DNA of 61,358 bases, filler included, from Candidatus Omnitrophota bacterium (lineage in GTDB: Bacteria > Omnitrophota > Gorgyraeia > JAGLLT01): the NCBI GenBank assembly GCA_023140385.1. It is 4 parts of 4 records of this genome, joined end to end, with 100 filler letters (N's around TTAATTAATTAA, not from the genome) between each part and the next. Parts side by side here need not be neighbours in the genome. Positions count along the whole stretch, not along the records: positions 14,483 to 38,543 come from JAGLLT010000042.1; 3 more parts are not named here. One strand, written 5' to 3'. Position numbers and translations under genes: made by a program. This document shows positions 19,714-29,629 of this stretch, one piece after another. How positions within the stretch are numbered: position 1 is the stretch's first letter; the number at the start of each line of letters is the position of its first letter. The notes below the pieces were generated by a model. The model ran no database searches and was not told where the DNA came from. It worked only from the letters and a program-made list of their open reading frames with translations.

Positions 19714-20319
19714 ATGAATACAACTCAGAAGATATTATGTGATACCAAATACTTAAAGACCGAATTTGATGCTCTGACTCTCGGAGAGAGTGAGGCGGAA
19801 ATATCTTTTATCGGACGGTCTAATGTAGGAAAAAGTTCTCTCATTAACGCTCTATGTCAAAAAAAGAAAATGGCATATGTCTCGCAGGTTCCGGGAAAGA
19901 CAAGGACTATTAATGTTTACGAAGTCAAACGCGGCCGTTGGATAGTTGACCTCCCCGGTTATGGATACATTGTTGGGTCAAGACACGAAAGGGAACGTTT
20001 AGGTCCGACAATAGAAGGATATCTGAGTAGTAGAGAGAAGCTGCACATGATATTTTTTATAGTCGATGCTGTTGCAGGTCCGACAAAGCTGGATATTATA
20101 ATGATTGGTTGGCTTAGACATCACTCACTCCCCTTTAGTATTGTTGTAAACAAGATTGACAAGGTTAAGTCTTCAAGGTTTGAGCAGAGAAAAAAGGATG
20201 TTGTTGCGGAACTTGTCGTTGATGTTTGTGATATCTCCTGGGTCAGCTCAAAAAAGAATACCGGGATAGTAGATTTGCAGAAGATAGTTGCTAAATCACT
20301 GGACATAAAAGTGTTGTAA
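19714..20319 (+). CDS. engB: EngB/YihA family GTPase
   Basis: GRSNVGKSSLIN, PGKTR, VDLPGYG, NKID. Confidence 0.85.
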   Translation: MNTTQKILCDTKYLKTEFDALTLGESEAEISFIGRSNVGKSSLINALCQKKKMAYVSQVPGKTRTINVYEVKRGRWIVDLPGYGYIVGSRHERERLGPTIEGYLSSREKLHMIFFIVDAVAGPTKLDIIMIGWLRHHSLPFSIVVNKIDKVKSSRFEQRKKDVVAELVVDVCDISWVSSKKNTGIVDLQKIVAKSLDIKVL

Positions 20320-20426
20320 AATAATGAAATGGGGTCAATTCCCTTTTTATTTTCCTTTTGAAGGGTCCCCGGATTCCTCCGATTTCTTATTACTTTCCTA
20401 TGATTTCCGTAACAAATTTATTTTAA

Positions 20427-20455
20427 TTGACAAGGGATGAGTGAAGTGGTATATT
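20427..20455 (+). promoter_or_regulatory. sigma70 promoter of the abiE pair
   Basis: TTGACA, 17 nt, TATATT preceded by an extended-10 TG. Confidence 0.65.
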
Positions 20456-20507
20456 GTATCCATTCATAGTAATTCCATTTGAACTGGAAATAAAAGGAAA
20501 TAAAACA

Positions 20508-21299
20508 ATGAACGCGAAGGGCTATTCTGAGCTTTCAAAAGATGCGGTGTATTTGCTGTCCCGATCAGAATTTGAGAAGCAGAAGGTGATTACGACTAAA
20601 TACGCGGTTAAAGTGTTGGGGAGCTACCGAAAAGCGGCCAGCATGCTTGGCGCGCTTGCTAAAAGAAACCGGCTTATCCAGCTAAGAAGAGGCCGGTATC
20701 TATTAGTGCCTTTAAAGGCCCCTAATCAGCTTTGGATGCCGAATGAGTACGTTGTCGCAGCCTTATGGATGGATGAAGTCCCTTATTATATTGGGTATGT
20801 TTCGATGTATAACTACTGGGGATTTACGGAGCAAATTCCACAATCGGTTACTGTCTTAAACACAATGAAAGAATGGAAACGAAACATCAAAAATATTAAG
20901 TATATAGCTGTTAAAATATCTCCTCGAAAAATGTACGGAATAAAAAAAATAAGAATTGATGAAGAAGACATCTGTATTAGTGACAAAGAACGCACACTTG
21001 TAGATTTTATATTTAAACCAATGGGGTCATGGGAGAATGTTCAGGCGGTTATTAACGGGCAAATCGGCAAGATAGATATTCAAAAATTTATCCGCTATTT
21101 AATAAAATTTCCTGTAGCGGCAGTTCGTAAGCGGGCGGGGCTTATGCTTGAGAGGGCCGGTGTGCCCCAAAAAGACTTAGCTGAACTGAAAAAATCTATC
21201 GGCGCAAAAAACACATATATTAATTTTAATCCGTTTGTTAAGTCCCGAAAAGGGAAAGTGAATCAATGCTGGAAAGTTATCATCAATGGACAAGAATAA
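20508..21299 (+). CDS. type IV TA antitoxin AbiEi
   Basis: wHTH with L.QLRRGRY, YYIGY.S...YWGFTEQIP, DKERTLVD. Confidence 0.85.
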   Translation: MNAKGYSELSKDAVYLLSRSEFEKQKVITTKYAVKVLGSYRKAASMLGALAKRNRLIQLRRGRYLLVPLKAPNQLWMPNEYVVAALWMDEVPYYIGYVSMYNYWGFTEQIPQSVTVLNTMKEWKRNIKNIKYIAVKISPRKMYGIKKIRIDEEDICISDKERTLVDFIFKPMGSWENVQAVINGQIGKIDIQKFIRYLIKFPVAAVRKRAGLMLERAGVPQKDLAELKKSIGAKNTYINFNPFVKSRKGKVNQCWKVIINGQE

Positions 21300-22149
21300 A
21301 CTAAAGGATATTATCAATTTTATAGCTGATAAGCAGGGATTTCGCCCCGCGATTATAGAGAAGGATTATCATTTGACCAGAATCCTTAACGCGGTTAATG
21401 AACATTTAAGCCGTGATATAATTTTTAAGGGCGGGACATTATTAAATAAAGCTTATTTGGATTATCATCGATTAAGTGAAGATCTGGATTTTTCATATAG
21501 AAGCGATGCTGATGTTTCCGCGCGCGCCAAGAGATCATATGCCATAACATCAATCAGAAAGAAGATGCCTTCTTTTTTATCTTTTTTGGGGCTTACGAGT
21601 GAAAATCCCCAAGGGGAGGGATTTAATAATTCAACGCAGTATCTTTTTACTCTTCAATTTCAGTCAATTATTATGAATCGCGAGGAGGGTATAAAATTTG
21701 AAATATCATTGCGCCAGCCTTCTTTTTTGCCTCCTGTAACCGTACGGGTTAAACATTTCTATCAAGACCCGTTCAGCGGAGAGGATTTGTTCGCGCAGGG
21801 GAGTATATTAGCACTGTCGTTGGAAGAAGCCGTGGCGGAAAAACTGAAAGCCTCCATATCCCGTTTGACACCCGCGATTAGAGATTATTACGATTTGGGG
21901 CACTTTATTAAAATAGGATTTGATTTCGCGCGGCCGGATTTACTAAAATTGGTTAATAAAAAATTGAAACTTGATGGATACAAAGGAGATTATTCTCATA
22001 ATTTAGGCTTGTCCGACCAGGCAATCGAGGAACTAAAAAGAATCAGCGAAAGCGATCTTACGCCAATGATCAGAGCTGATGAGAAGTTTGATCTAGATAC
22101 GGTTTTTGCGCATTTTAATAAACTATTTGACCGGAATAAGGTGGAATAA
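21286..22149 (+). CDS. type IV TA toxin AbiEii (nucleotidyltransferase)
   Basis: IEKDY, FKGGT.L...Y....RLSEDLDF, EKL, RDYYD. Confidence 0.9.
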   Translation: MDKNKLKDIINFIADKQGFRPAIIEKDYHLTRILNAVNEHLSRDIIFKGGTLLNKAYLDYHRLSEDLDFSYRSDADVSARAKRSYAITSIRKKMPSFLSFLGLTSENPQGEGFNNSTQYLFTLQFQSIIMNREEGIKFEISLRQPSFLPPVTVRVKHFYQDPFSGEDLFAQGSILALSLEEAVAEKLKASISRLTPAIRDYYDLGHFIKIGFDFARPDLLKLVNKKLKLDGYKGDYSHNLGLSDQAIEELKRISESDLTPMIRADEKFDLDTVFAHFNKLFDRNKVE

Positions 22150-22301
22150 AATTTGTATTAATTGTGGGAAGATTTTTTGGATGTGTAGCAATAGAGGGTT
22201 GAAGCAGTGACATTGCGCAAGTTCAAAAAGTAAAATTATGGGGGAAGTGGGAAGAAAGAGAAATAGGTATTGTGTGGGCAAGTCCAGTGCGCCCCGATTT
22301 T

Positions 22302-22409
22302 TACAGATTAAGAATTGGGGATTATCGGGTTTTGTATAATGTAGATGATAAGCAGAAAATTGTCTGGATATTAGATATAAGAATATGCGCGGAGAAAACT
22401 TATAGAGGA
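22302..22409 (+). pseudogene. duplicated 3' fragment of the relE-like toxin gene
   Basis: 108-bp near-identical copy (6 mismatches by eye) of 17262-17369. Confidence 0.9.
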
Positions 22410-22429
22410 GAAAAGTATAAATAAAAGGT

Positions 22430-22457
22430 GTCTGAGCTAACCCGGGTTAGCTCAGAC
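22430..22457. repeat. perfect 28-bp palindrome (REP-like)
   Basis: GTCTGAGCTAACCC|GGGTTAGCTCAGAC. Confidence 0.9.
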
Positions 22458-22617
22458 TATCCCCTTTTACTATATACTATGTTCGAGGCGAAACCTCGAA
22501 CAAAAAGAAAGTAGGATAAATGAGAAAAACGGTCGCTGATCCTATTTTTCTATGTTTAGAAGTGATATTATAATTGTGGTATGTAAATTTAACACATGTA
22601 GTTAAGGATAGAGTAAT

Positions 22618-23475
22618 ATGAAAACGAAAGTAGAGAAAAAGAGAGCAAAAAGCAAGAACGCGAAAACAAAAAAAGCATCTAAGCGACTTACGGCTGTAGA
22701 TATACAAAATATGAGAATTTTAGCTAAAATGCTGGGAGAATTGGTTCCTTATTCCGGTAGGGGTAATTTCAATCTACAGAATATCGCAAAAAGATTTAAT
22801 TTAACGAAATGCTTTCCAGCAAAACATCATAACAAAAAAGAAACATTCTCATTTTTTATTCGAGATGTACACAAAAGACATCCCAGAATGATGAAAAAAA
22901 TAGTTCGAGAAATTTTCCCTAAGGCTATTGAACGAAGATATGAGCAAGGTAATCCCATACTTCTTGAAGAAGCAACTGTTTTAAGCGAGCAATTATTTAA
23001 AATAGGAGTTGATCTTAAAAAAGAAATAAGAGGATTAAGATTTCCCAAAGAAAGACCTAAGGTTGTTCCGCCACCTTATGATATTCAAGAGATATTAAAA
23101 AAAATTAAATTGCATCCCATTTTAATGCCGGAATGTCAAAAATTATTTCTAGATGGTCATATAAATGAATCAGTTCGTAAGGCGCTAGAAAAATATGAAG
23201 TATATGTGCAGAGAAAATCATCTTTGAAAATTATAGGAAAAAACTTGATGGGAAAGGCTTTTTCATTAAGAGGACAAACTATCAAGTTGAATGCGTTGTC
23301 TACTGAATCAGAGAAAAATGAACAAGAAGGATTTATGTATATTTCTATGGGTGTTATGCAATGGTGGCGCAATACGTTAAGTCATGGTGATGAGAAACAA
23401 ATCTCACATCACGAGGCGCTAGGGAGATTATTTCTAATAAGTAACCTATTGCATCGTTTGGAAAATTGTATATAA
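22618..23475 (+). CDS. TIGR02391 (Ymh)-domain protein
   Basis: LHP...C..LF.DGH..ESV..A, G..LM..AFS, SE.NEQEGF, G.....RN..SH. Confidence 0.75.
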   Translation: MKTKVEKKRAKSKNAKTKKASKRLTAVDIQNMRILAKMLGELVPYSGRGNFNLQNIAKRFNLTKCFPAKHHNKKETFSFFIRDVHKRHPRMMKKIVREIFPKAIERRYEQGNPILLEEATVLSEQLFKIGVDLKKEIRGLRFPKERPKVVPPPYDIQEILKKIKLHPILMPECQKLFLDGHINESVRKALEKYEVYVQRKSSLKIIGKNLMGKAFSLRGQTIKLNALSTESEKNEQEGFMYISMGVMQWWRNTLSHGDEKQISHHEALGRLFLISNLLHRLENCI

Positions 23476-23512
23476 GTGAAGGAATCATTTAAGGAGAGGG
23501 TAGGGTAAACCT

Positions 23513-25672
23513 ATGACAATAGAAAAAAAATTAAATCAAGAGCTTAGAAACATGCAAATAAAAGATACTCAGACATGGTTTAAAAAATTAATCCAAAAGG
23601 ACCAAATTGTGGGGGATCTTTACTCTATAAATTATCAGAGTGCTAAAGTGCAAATACATGATAATGAACGAAAAAAAGTAGGAGGAATTCCAAGCTTAAG
23701 TTTTCTTATCGCTACACGAGTTGATCCAGATAATTCTGATATTGACTTCAAGGTAGAGGATTCTTCATTCATTTTACTCAGAGTAATTGATGCAGCACAA
23801 TTGCCAAATAGTTCCGAAGCGGAAAGAATAAGGGTTGAAACGGCTCAGCGAGTTAGCGGGGAAACCGATAGGCACTGGGATGGCGAAGGAATAATGGATG
23901 CGAAAACACGTGTTTATTTAGGTTATGCAGGAGTACAATGTAGAATTATTGGTACATTTTATCTAGATGCAATGACTGAAGAAAAAAATGCGCAGTTATA
24001 TTTAAAGTTTGGGAGTGATATCTCTAATTTCTATCCGAATAGAGGATTGAAAGTTTATAAGCCAAATGCCAAAGCGCTGGAGTTAATTGTAAATTATACA
24101 GACCCTAGTAATAGACAAGAACATCTCGAAAAATATAGGACCTCTGAGAGTGTGAAACTTGGTTTTATCCGGTATGCATCAACTAATAGGAAATTTCAAA
24201 ATATAGATGATGTTCCAGTCTATATATATCCTGCAGATTTGCTTTCACAAAAGTCCGCATTGTTTGGAATGACTAGAACAGGAAAATCAAATACGACTAA
24301 AATTATTGCAAAATCTGTTTATGAATTGCGGTATCCTCCTAAATCAAAAGATAAGGCATTAAGAATCGGCCAAATCATTTTCGACCCAAACGGGGAGTAT
24401 GCTAATGAGAATGTTCAGGATGCCGATGGAACGAATAATCCTAATGCCTTAAAGAATATTTGGAACATTAGTGGAGAGAAAAATAAATCAGATGAAGTTG
24501 TTACTTATGGTATAACATCTCATCCTAACGATCCTGAACGAAACCTAATGCTTATTAATTTCTACTTAGAGGAAAATTTGCAAATAGGTAAAGAAATTAT
24601 TGATAATTCTTTTAAAAAGGGTGAATCTAAATTTATCGAGAATTTTCAACAAGTTGAGTTTATAGCTCCCGATGTAACGGACAGGAGCGCAATGACTCGT
24701 TACAATAGAAGGGTTCTTGCGTATCGGGCATTATTGGCTAAAGCAGAGTTTTCTGTGCCAACGAATTTAGCCATCAGTACAACAGGACTTTTTAGTAATG
24801 AATTAATTAATGGGCGTCCAAATGCGAAAAATGCAAGCACACAGTTTAATGGAATGATAAATGTCCAAAGTGATCTCAACAATGCCGATAGATTTGCTGC
24901 AGCTGCAAGAATTTTTCAAACAGCAAACCCTTCCTTGCATAGTTTGGCTACTGCTTTTACAACGTTATTTGATTATATAAAGACAGCAGAATACAAAGCA
25001 TTTGAAAGGTGGTACGTTGATGACAGGCCAAGCTCTTCTGGTGATAATTGGGCGGATGAAAATTTCGTGAAAATTCTTGAAATGATTTGGAGAGGTAATG
25101 GTCCTAAGCAAATTGCTAAGGTAATAGAGAATCATTCTCCTGCTAGAAGCTCTGATTATGCGGAGGATATTTATAATGATCTGAAAAATGGGAAATTAGT
25201 AATTATTGATCAATCTAGCGGTGAGCCTGAAATAAACCAAGCCACCGCAGAACGGGTTATGTGGCACATATTTAGAGAAAATCAAAAGCTGTTTAGAGAA
25301 GGGCAAACGCCAACAGAAATTATAATTTATATTGAGGAAGCGCACAATCTTTTACCAAGTGGTAGCGATCTTGATTTGAAAAATGTTTGGGTCAGAACTG
25401 CAAAAGAGGGGGCGAAGTATTGTCTTGGGATGGTTTATGCTACTCAGGAAGTTAGTAGCATTCAGAAGAACATTTTGAAAAATACAGCCAATTGGTTCAT
25501 TTCGCATCTTAATAATACGGATGAGACAAAGGAACTTTGTAAATATTACGATTTTGCTGATTTTGAACTTTCAATAAGGCGTGCGCAAGACAAAGGATTT
25601 TTGAGAATAAAAACATTGAGCAATCCATTTGTTATTCCTGTACAAGTGGATAAATTTGATGTGATCGCATAA
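23513..25672 (+). CDS. HerA-like (DUF87) ATPase
   Basis: N-terminal HAS-barrel-like region, Walker A GMTRTGKS, IFDPNGEY, Walker B IYIEEAHN, AKEGAKY, ATQ. Confidence 0.88.
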   Translation: MTIEKKLNQELRNMQIKDTQTWFKKLIQKDQIVGDLYSINYQSAKVQIHDNERKKVGGIPSLSFLIATRVDPDNSDIDFKVEDSSFILLRVIDAAQLPNSSEAERIRVETAQRVSGETDRHWDGEGIMDAKTRVYLGYAGVQCRIIGTFYLDAMTEEKNAQLYLKFGSDISNFYPNRGLKVYKPNAKALELIVNYTDPSNRQEHLEKYRTSESVKLGFIRYASTNRKFQNIDDVPVYIYPADLLSQKSALFGMTRTGKSNTTKIIAKSVYELRYPPKSKDKALRIGQIIFDPNGEYANENVQDADGTNNPNALKNIWNISGEKNKSDEVVTYGITSHPNDPERNLMLINFYLEENLQIGKEIIDNSFKKGESKFIENFQQVEFIAPDVTDRSAMTRYNRRVLAYRALLAKAEFSVPTNLAISTTGLFSNELINGRPNAKNASTQFNGMINVQSDLNNADRFAAAARIFQTANPSLHSLATAFTTLFDYIKTAEYKAFERWYVDDRPSSSGDNWADENFVKILEMIWRGNGPKQIAKVIENHSPARSSDYAEDIYNDLKNGKLVIIDQSSGEPEINQATAERVMWHIFRENQKLFREGQTPTEIIIYIEEAHNLLPSGSDLDLKNVWVRTAKEGAKYCLGMVYATQEVSSIQKNILKNTANWFISHLNNTDETKELCKYYDFADFELSIRRAQDKGFLRIKTLSNPFVIPVQVDKFDVIA

Positions 25673-25684
25673 AGAGAGGGATAT

Positions 25685-27070
25685 ATGGGATTTGAAAACG
25701 AATTTGCCAGTTATGAGCCACTCCGTAGAATTTTGGACAGCACAAAGGTTAAGTCACTTCAAAATAGGCTGAAAATAAGAAAAAAAGACGAACAGGAAAG
25801 TGGTCAAGAAGAATTTAAAAACAACATCATTAGCAAGGCAGACATGAAGAGTGATTTTATTCCTGATTACGTTATTGCTATTGATGGAAGTTATCAGCCG
25901 GCGAAAGCTGAAAATGGATTTCCTGGGGCAGAATTTGGTTACATTACTATTTCTGCTGTTTTGATAGTTGAAAAATCTGTCCGAGAATTTGCCAGACAAG
26001 AATTTATTGATCCTAAAAAGTTTAGGGAAACCGAAAAGGCATCAACAATTGATACTGTGATTCCTGGTTGCAATGTCATCATTGATAGTGAGAAATCGGC
26101 TAAAACATCAATGCGCAGAATGCTATTTGAGGAACTTCGAAATACAAGAGCGTTTGAAGAAGGTGAAACTTTACTGGAAACCTATGAACACCTTTTTAGA
26201 ATTAAACTCGAAAAGAATAAAGGCATCGGAGGCAGAGAAAAACCAAGAAGTCCTATTGATGGAGTTGATCAAGAAATGACTTATGATTTAGGGCAATACG
26301 TTTGTCCGCATAGTGGTGAACCATTGTACTCAACAGACGCAATGCGTTTGCACGAGTTAATGAACTCGGGTGGAACAAATGGCGAAATGTATGGTCAAGT
26401 AATGCAAATGTTTGAGAAGCTCTGGCTTGTTCATATTTTAAGGTCTTTTGAGAAAAAGGATTGGTTAAACTTGTTAGATCGAGTTGTTTTTGTACTTGAC
26501 GGTCCATTGGCTTGCTTCAGTACTTGGTCTTGGATTAATAAATCAATAATATTGGAACTAGCTCGAATAAATGAACTTCAAAAAAAACAAACAGGAAAAG
26601 ACCTTTTAATCTTTGGTATAGAAAAATCAGGAATTTTTTATAATCATTTTGAGGAACTTGATACAAAAATCGATGGCACAACAGATCGTTTCCCAAACCA
26701 ATCAGCTTTTTTGCTTTCTGACGGGTACATTAAGGAGAATATTATTTTCTCTGAAAGTAATAAGCTATACGGTCAAGATACCTATTTTGGAAGAAAGCTA
26801 TTTTATAAAACAAAGATAGGATATAGAATTGTTCCTGTTCTTGCCTTTTTCAATGAGCATCAACAAAATTTAAAAGAGGTAAGGCTAAACCAATTTCCTC
26901 GATTAGCGGATTTAATGAATGTGTTGGATGAATTAGCTTCTAGCCGATATTCTAATTCAGTTTCACCACTTGTTTCCGCCCATGCAGAGGCGGCAATACC
27001 TTTGAATCTTGGCAAGCGGATATTTGATGATATCGCCCGAGAAATTAGAGCTAAATCTTATAAAGAATAA
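25685..27070 (+). CDS. NurA-like nuclease
   Basis: IAIDGS, LDGPL, GIEKSG, C-terminal PL..AH..A; directly follows HerA. Confidence 0.78.
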   Translation: MGFENEFASYEPLRRILDSTKVKSLQNRLKIRKKDEQESGQEEFKNNIISKADMKSDFIPDYVIAIDGSYQPAKAENGFPGAEFGYITISAVLIVEKSVREFARQEFIDPKKFRETEKASTIDTVIPGCNVIIDSEKSAKTSMRRMLFEELRNTRAFEEGETLLETYEHLFRIKLEKNKGIGGREKPRSPIDGVDQEMTYDLGQYVCPHSGEPLYSTDAMRLHELMNSGGTNGEMYGQVMQMFEKLWLVHILRSFEKKDWLNLLDRVVFVLDGPLACFSTWSWINKSIILELARINELQKKQTGKDLLIFGIEKSGIFYNHFEELDTKIDGTTDRFPNQSAFLLSDGYIKENIIFSESNKLYGQDTYFGRKLFYKTKIGYRIVPVLAFFNEHQQNLKEVRLNQFPRLADLMNVLDELASSRYSNSVSPLVSAHAEAAIPLNLGKRIFDDIAREIRAKSYKE

Positions 27071-28188
27071 TGATAAAAACAGAAGACATAGTAAAAGGTT
27101 ATAAAATAGCTGAGTCCCGTTGGGCAAGATTTGGACCTTATTATGCTATGTTTCCTCTTGATTTTGCCTTTGAAGTAGTTGAGAGATATTCCAAAGAAGG
27201 CGACTTCATTATCGATCCCTTTGCTGGTAGATGCTCTAGTATTTATGCGGGTGGTGTTTTAGGCAGACATAGTTTGGGCATCGAAATTAACCCTGTTGGC
27301 TGGCTTTATGGGACAGTCAAGCTTGATCCTGCAAATAAAGAAGAAGTAACTGATCGCTTGTTAGAAATCTACTCTAAGCAAAATTACTACAAGCGCGCAA
27401 TTGAAAGAATGCCATTGTTTTATCGAATGTGCTACAGTGATGAAGTTTTAAAATTTCTCTTATCAGCCCGCAGTCATCTAAATTGGCAAAAGAATGATGT
27501 TGACGCTACATTAATGTCTATTCTCTTGGTTTATTTACATGGCAAGTTAGGAGAAGGGTTATCTAATCAAATGAAAATGAGTAAGGCTATGGGGATGAAA
27601 TATTCAGTTGAATGGTGGAAAAAACACAAATTGACCAAACCGCCTGAAATTAATCCTATTGAATTTGTAATGAAGAAATTGAATTGGCGTTATAAAAAAG
27701 GTAAACCGGAGGTATTTGATAGTAGAGTAATTTTCGGTGATAGCACTATTGAATTGGAAAAAATTGTACATAAAGCACAAAAAAGCGGAATTAAATTTTC
27801 TCTTCTTTTTACTTCGCCCCCATATTGCTCTGTAACGGATTACTATGCTGATCAATGGTTGCGTCTTTGGTTGCTTGGTGGATCTGAGGTGCCGAAGTCA
27901 AAACAAGAGAAGCATAAAGGGCGCTTTGTTTCAAAGGATGATTACTGTAAACTTTTGGATACTGTCTTTGGTAATTGTGCTGTTTTAATGGCCGAAAAGA
28001 GCACAATCTATGTGCGGACTGATAAACGAAAATTTACATTTAACTTGACACTAGAAATTTTAAAAAAGTATTTCTCAAGACATAAAATAAAAATAATTGA
28101 GAGACTTTTTTTAAAGAAAACACAAACTGAGATGCATGGGAACAAGTCAACAGAAACAGGTGAGATAGACATAATTATGACAAAATAA
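27070..28188 (+). CDS. site-specific DNA methyltransferase (N4-C/N6-A type)
   Basis: YYAMFP, DPFAGR SAM motif, GIEINP, catalytic TSPPY. Confidence 0.85.
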   Translation: MIKTEDIVKGYKIAESRWARFGPYYAMFPLDFAFEVVERYSKEGDFIIDPFAGRCSSIYAGGVLGRHSLGIEINPVGWLYGTVKLDPANKEEVTDRLLEIYSKQNYYKRAIERMPLFYRMCYSDEVLKFLLSARSHLNWQKNDVDATLMSILLVYLHGKLGEGLSNQMKMSKAMGMKYSVEWWKKHKLTKPPEINPIEFVMKKLNWRYKKGKPEVFDSRVIFGDSTIELEKIVHKAQKSGIKFSLLFTSPPYCSVTDYYADQWLRLWLLGGSEVPKSKQEKHKGRFVSKDDYCKLLDTVFGNCAVLMAEKSTIYVRTDKRKFTFNLTLEILKKYFSRHKIKIIERLFLKKTQTEMHGNKSTETGEIDIIMTK

Positions 28189-28354
28189 AGTAACTGGTAG
28201 TTAATTTACCCGTTAAACCCGAGATATCTCGTTGTGTTCCTTGATTACGTAGGTATATATTACTACTTAAAAGAATATGAGTGAATGACCTTTCATATGT
28301 CTAAATTATATCTCAAAAAGTATATTGTGTTAAGTATTTTTTTGGAGAACTGAA

Positions 28355-28558
28355 ATGGACAGAAAGAAGTTAAGTAAGAAGATTAAAGTAGCTCGCGTAG
28401 AGCTTGATTTAATCCAAACCCAACTTGCTCAAAAAATTAAGGCAAAGCAGAAAAGTATCTCGCGCTATAAAACAGGAGCAACTTCACCATCCATAAAAAC
28501 TTGAGTTAAAATCACCAATGTTCTCAAAAAACCAGCAGGGTATTTTTTGGAAGAGTGA
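28355..28558 (+). pseudogene. degenerate copy of the Xre HTH gene
   Basis: Colinear with 16406-16609; premature TGA at 28502-28504. Confidence 0.9.
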
Positions 28559-28716
28559 AAATAGGATGTGTCCCTAATTTTCACAATGGCAGGATTATTT
28601 TCATTTACAGCAAACTCTTTACGTACACGGCGCAATGCACGTAAAAATTAAGTGGTTGGAAATAAAAGAGTTATGAAAAATTTACATGCGTTTTGCTGTA
28701 TATAGGAGATATTTAT

Positions 28717-28884
28717 ATGTTAACACCTAAAATGAAATTATTAATAAACCGGCTTTGGGATAACTTCTGGAGCGGTGGCATTGCCAATCCATTAACCGCA
28801 ATGGAGCAGATATCGTATCTTTTATTTATGCGCCGGTTAGATGAGATAGATAGCAAACTAAAGAAAGATGCTGAGGGAATATAA
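28717..28884 (+). pseudogene. truncated type I RM HsdM N-terminus
   Basis: I..LWD.FWSGGIANPL..MEQISYLLFMRRLDE then stop after ~55 aa. Confidence 0.85.
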
Positions 28885-28886
28885 TA

Positions 28887-29600
28887 TTGAAGAAAGAAAC
28901 AAAACAAAAGAAGGTTTATGAAAAGGCAATAAACAATTGGCCAAAGGAAGATAGGCCGAGAGAAAAATTACTAAGAAATGGCGAACATACTCTTAGTAAT
29001 ACTGAGTTACTGGCTATTTTACTGCGAACGGGAACAAAAGGTCAAAGTGCTATAGATTTAGCAAGAAAAGTATTACAAAAATTCAAAACCTTTCGTAATT
29101 TATCGCATACAGATTTGGCCCAGTGGAAAGAATTTAAAGGATTGGGCCCCGCCAAAATAGCCCAGATAAAAGCAGCTATTGAAATTGGAAGAAGATTTAG
29201 GGAAGATGAATTAAAAGAAAAGAAGATCAAGGTCAAATCTTCAAAAGATATTGTAGATTTTTTAATGCCGAGAATGAGAGACTTAAAATTTGAGGTATTT
29301 AAAGCTGTTTTATTAGATTCTCAAAATAAAATAATTGATATTGTTGATATTGATCAAGGTACAGTAAATCAAGCAAATCCTATCATCAGAGAACTATTCC
29401 AAAAAGCCTTGCAGTATTTTGCGACCGCTTTAATCTGCGTTCATAATCATCCATCAGGAAACATAACGCCAAGTAGAGAAGATAAAGATTTTACCAAGAA
29501 TCTTTGTGAGGCAGGCAAAATTATGCAAGTTAAAGTGTTGGATCATGTTATAATTGGGGATAATAAGTATTATAGTTTTGCGGATGAAGAGGCGTTATAG
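28887..29600 (+). CDS. radC: RadC (JAB domain) protein
   Basis: DRPREKL, ELLAILLRTG, HhH, HNHPSG..PSRED, LDHVIIG. Confidence 0.95.
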   Translation: MKKETKQKKVYEKAINNWPKEDRPREKLLRNGEHTLSNTELLAILLRTGTKGQSAIDLARKVLQKFKTFRNLSHTDLAQWKEFKGLGPAKIAQIKAAIEIGRRFREDELKEKKIKVKSSKDIVDFLMPRMRDLKFEVFKAVLLDSQNKIIDIVDIDQGTVNQANPIIRELFQKALQYFATALICVHNHPSGNITPSREDKDFTKNLCEAGKIMQVKVLDHVIIGDNKYYSFADEEAL

Positions 29601-29629
29601 TATATAATATTTTTTAAGGAGAAGCAGTT

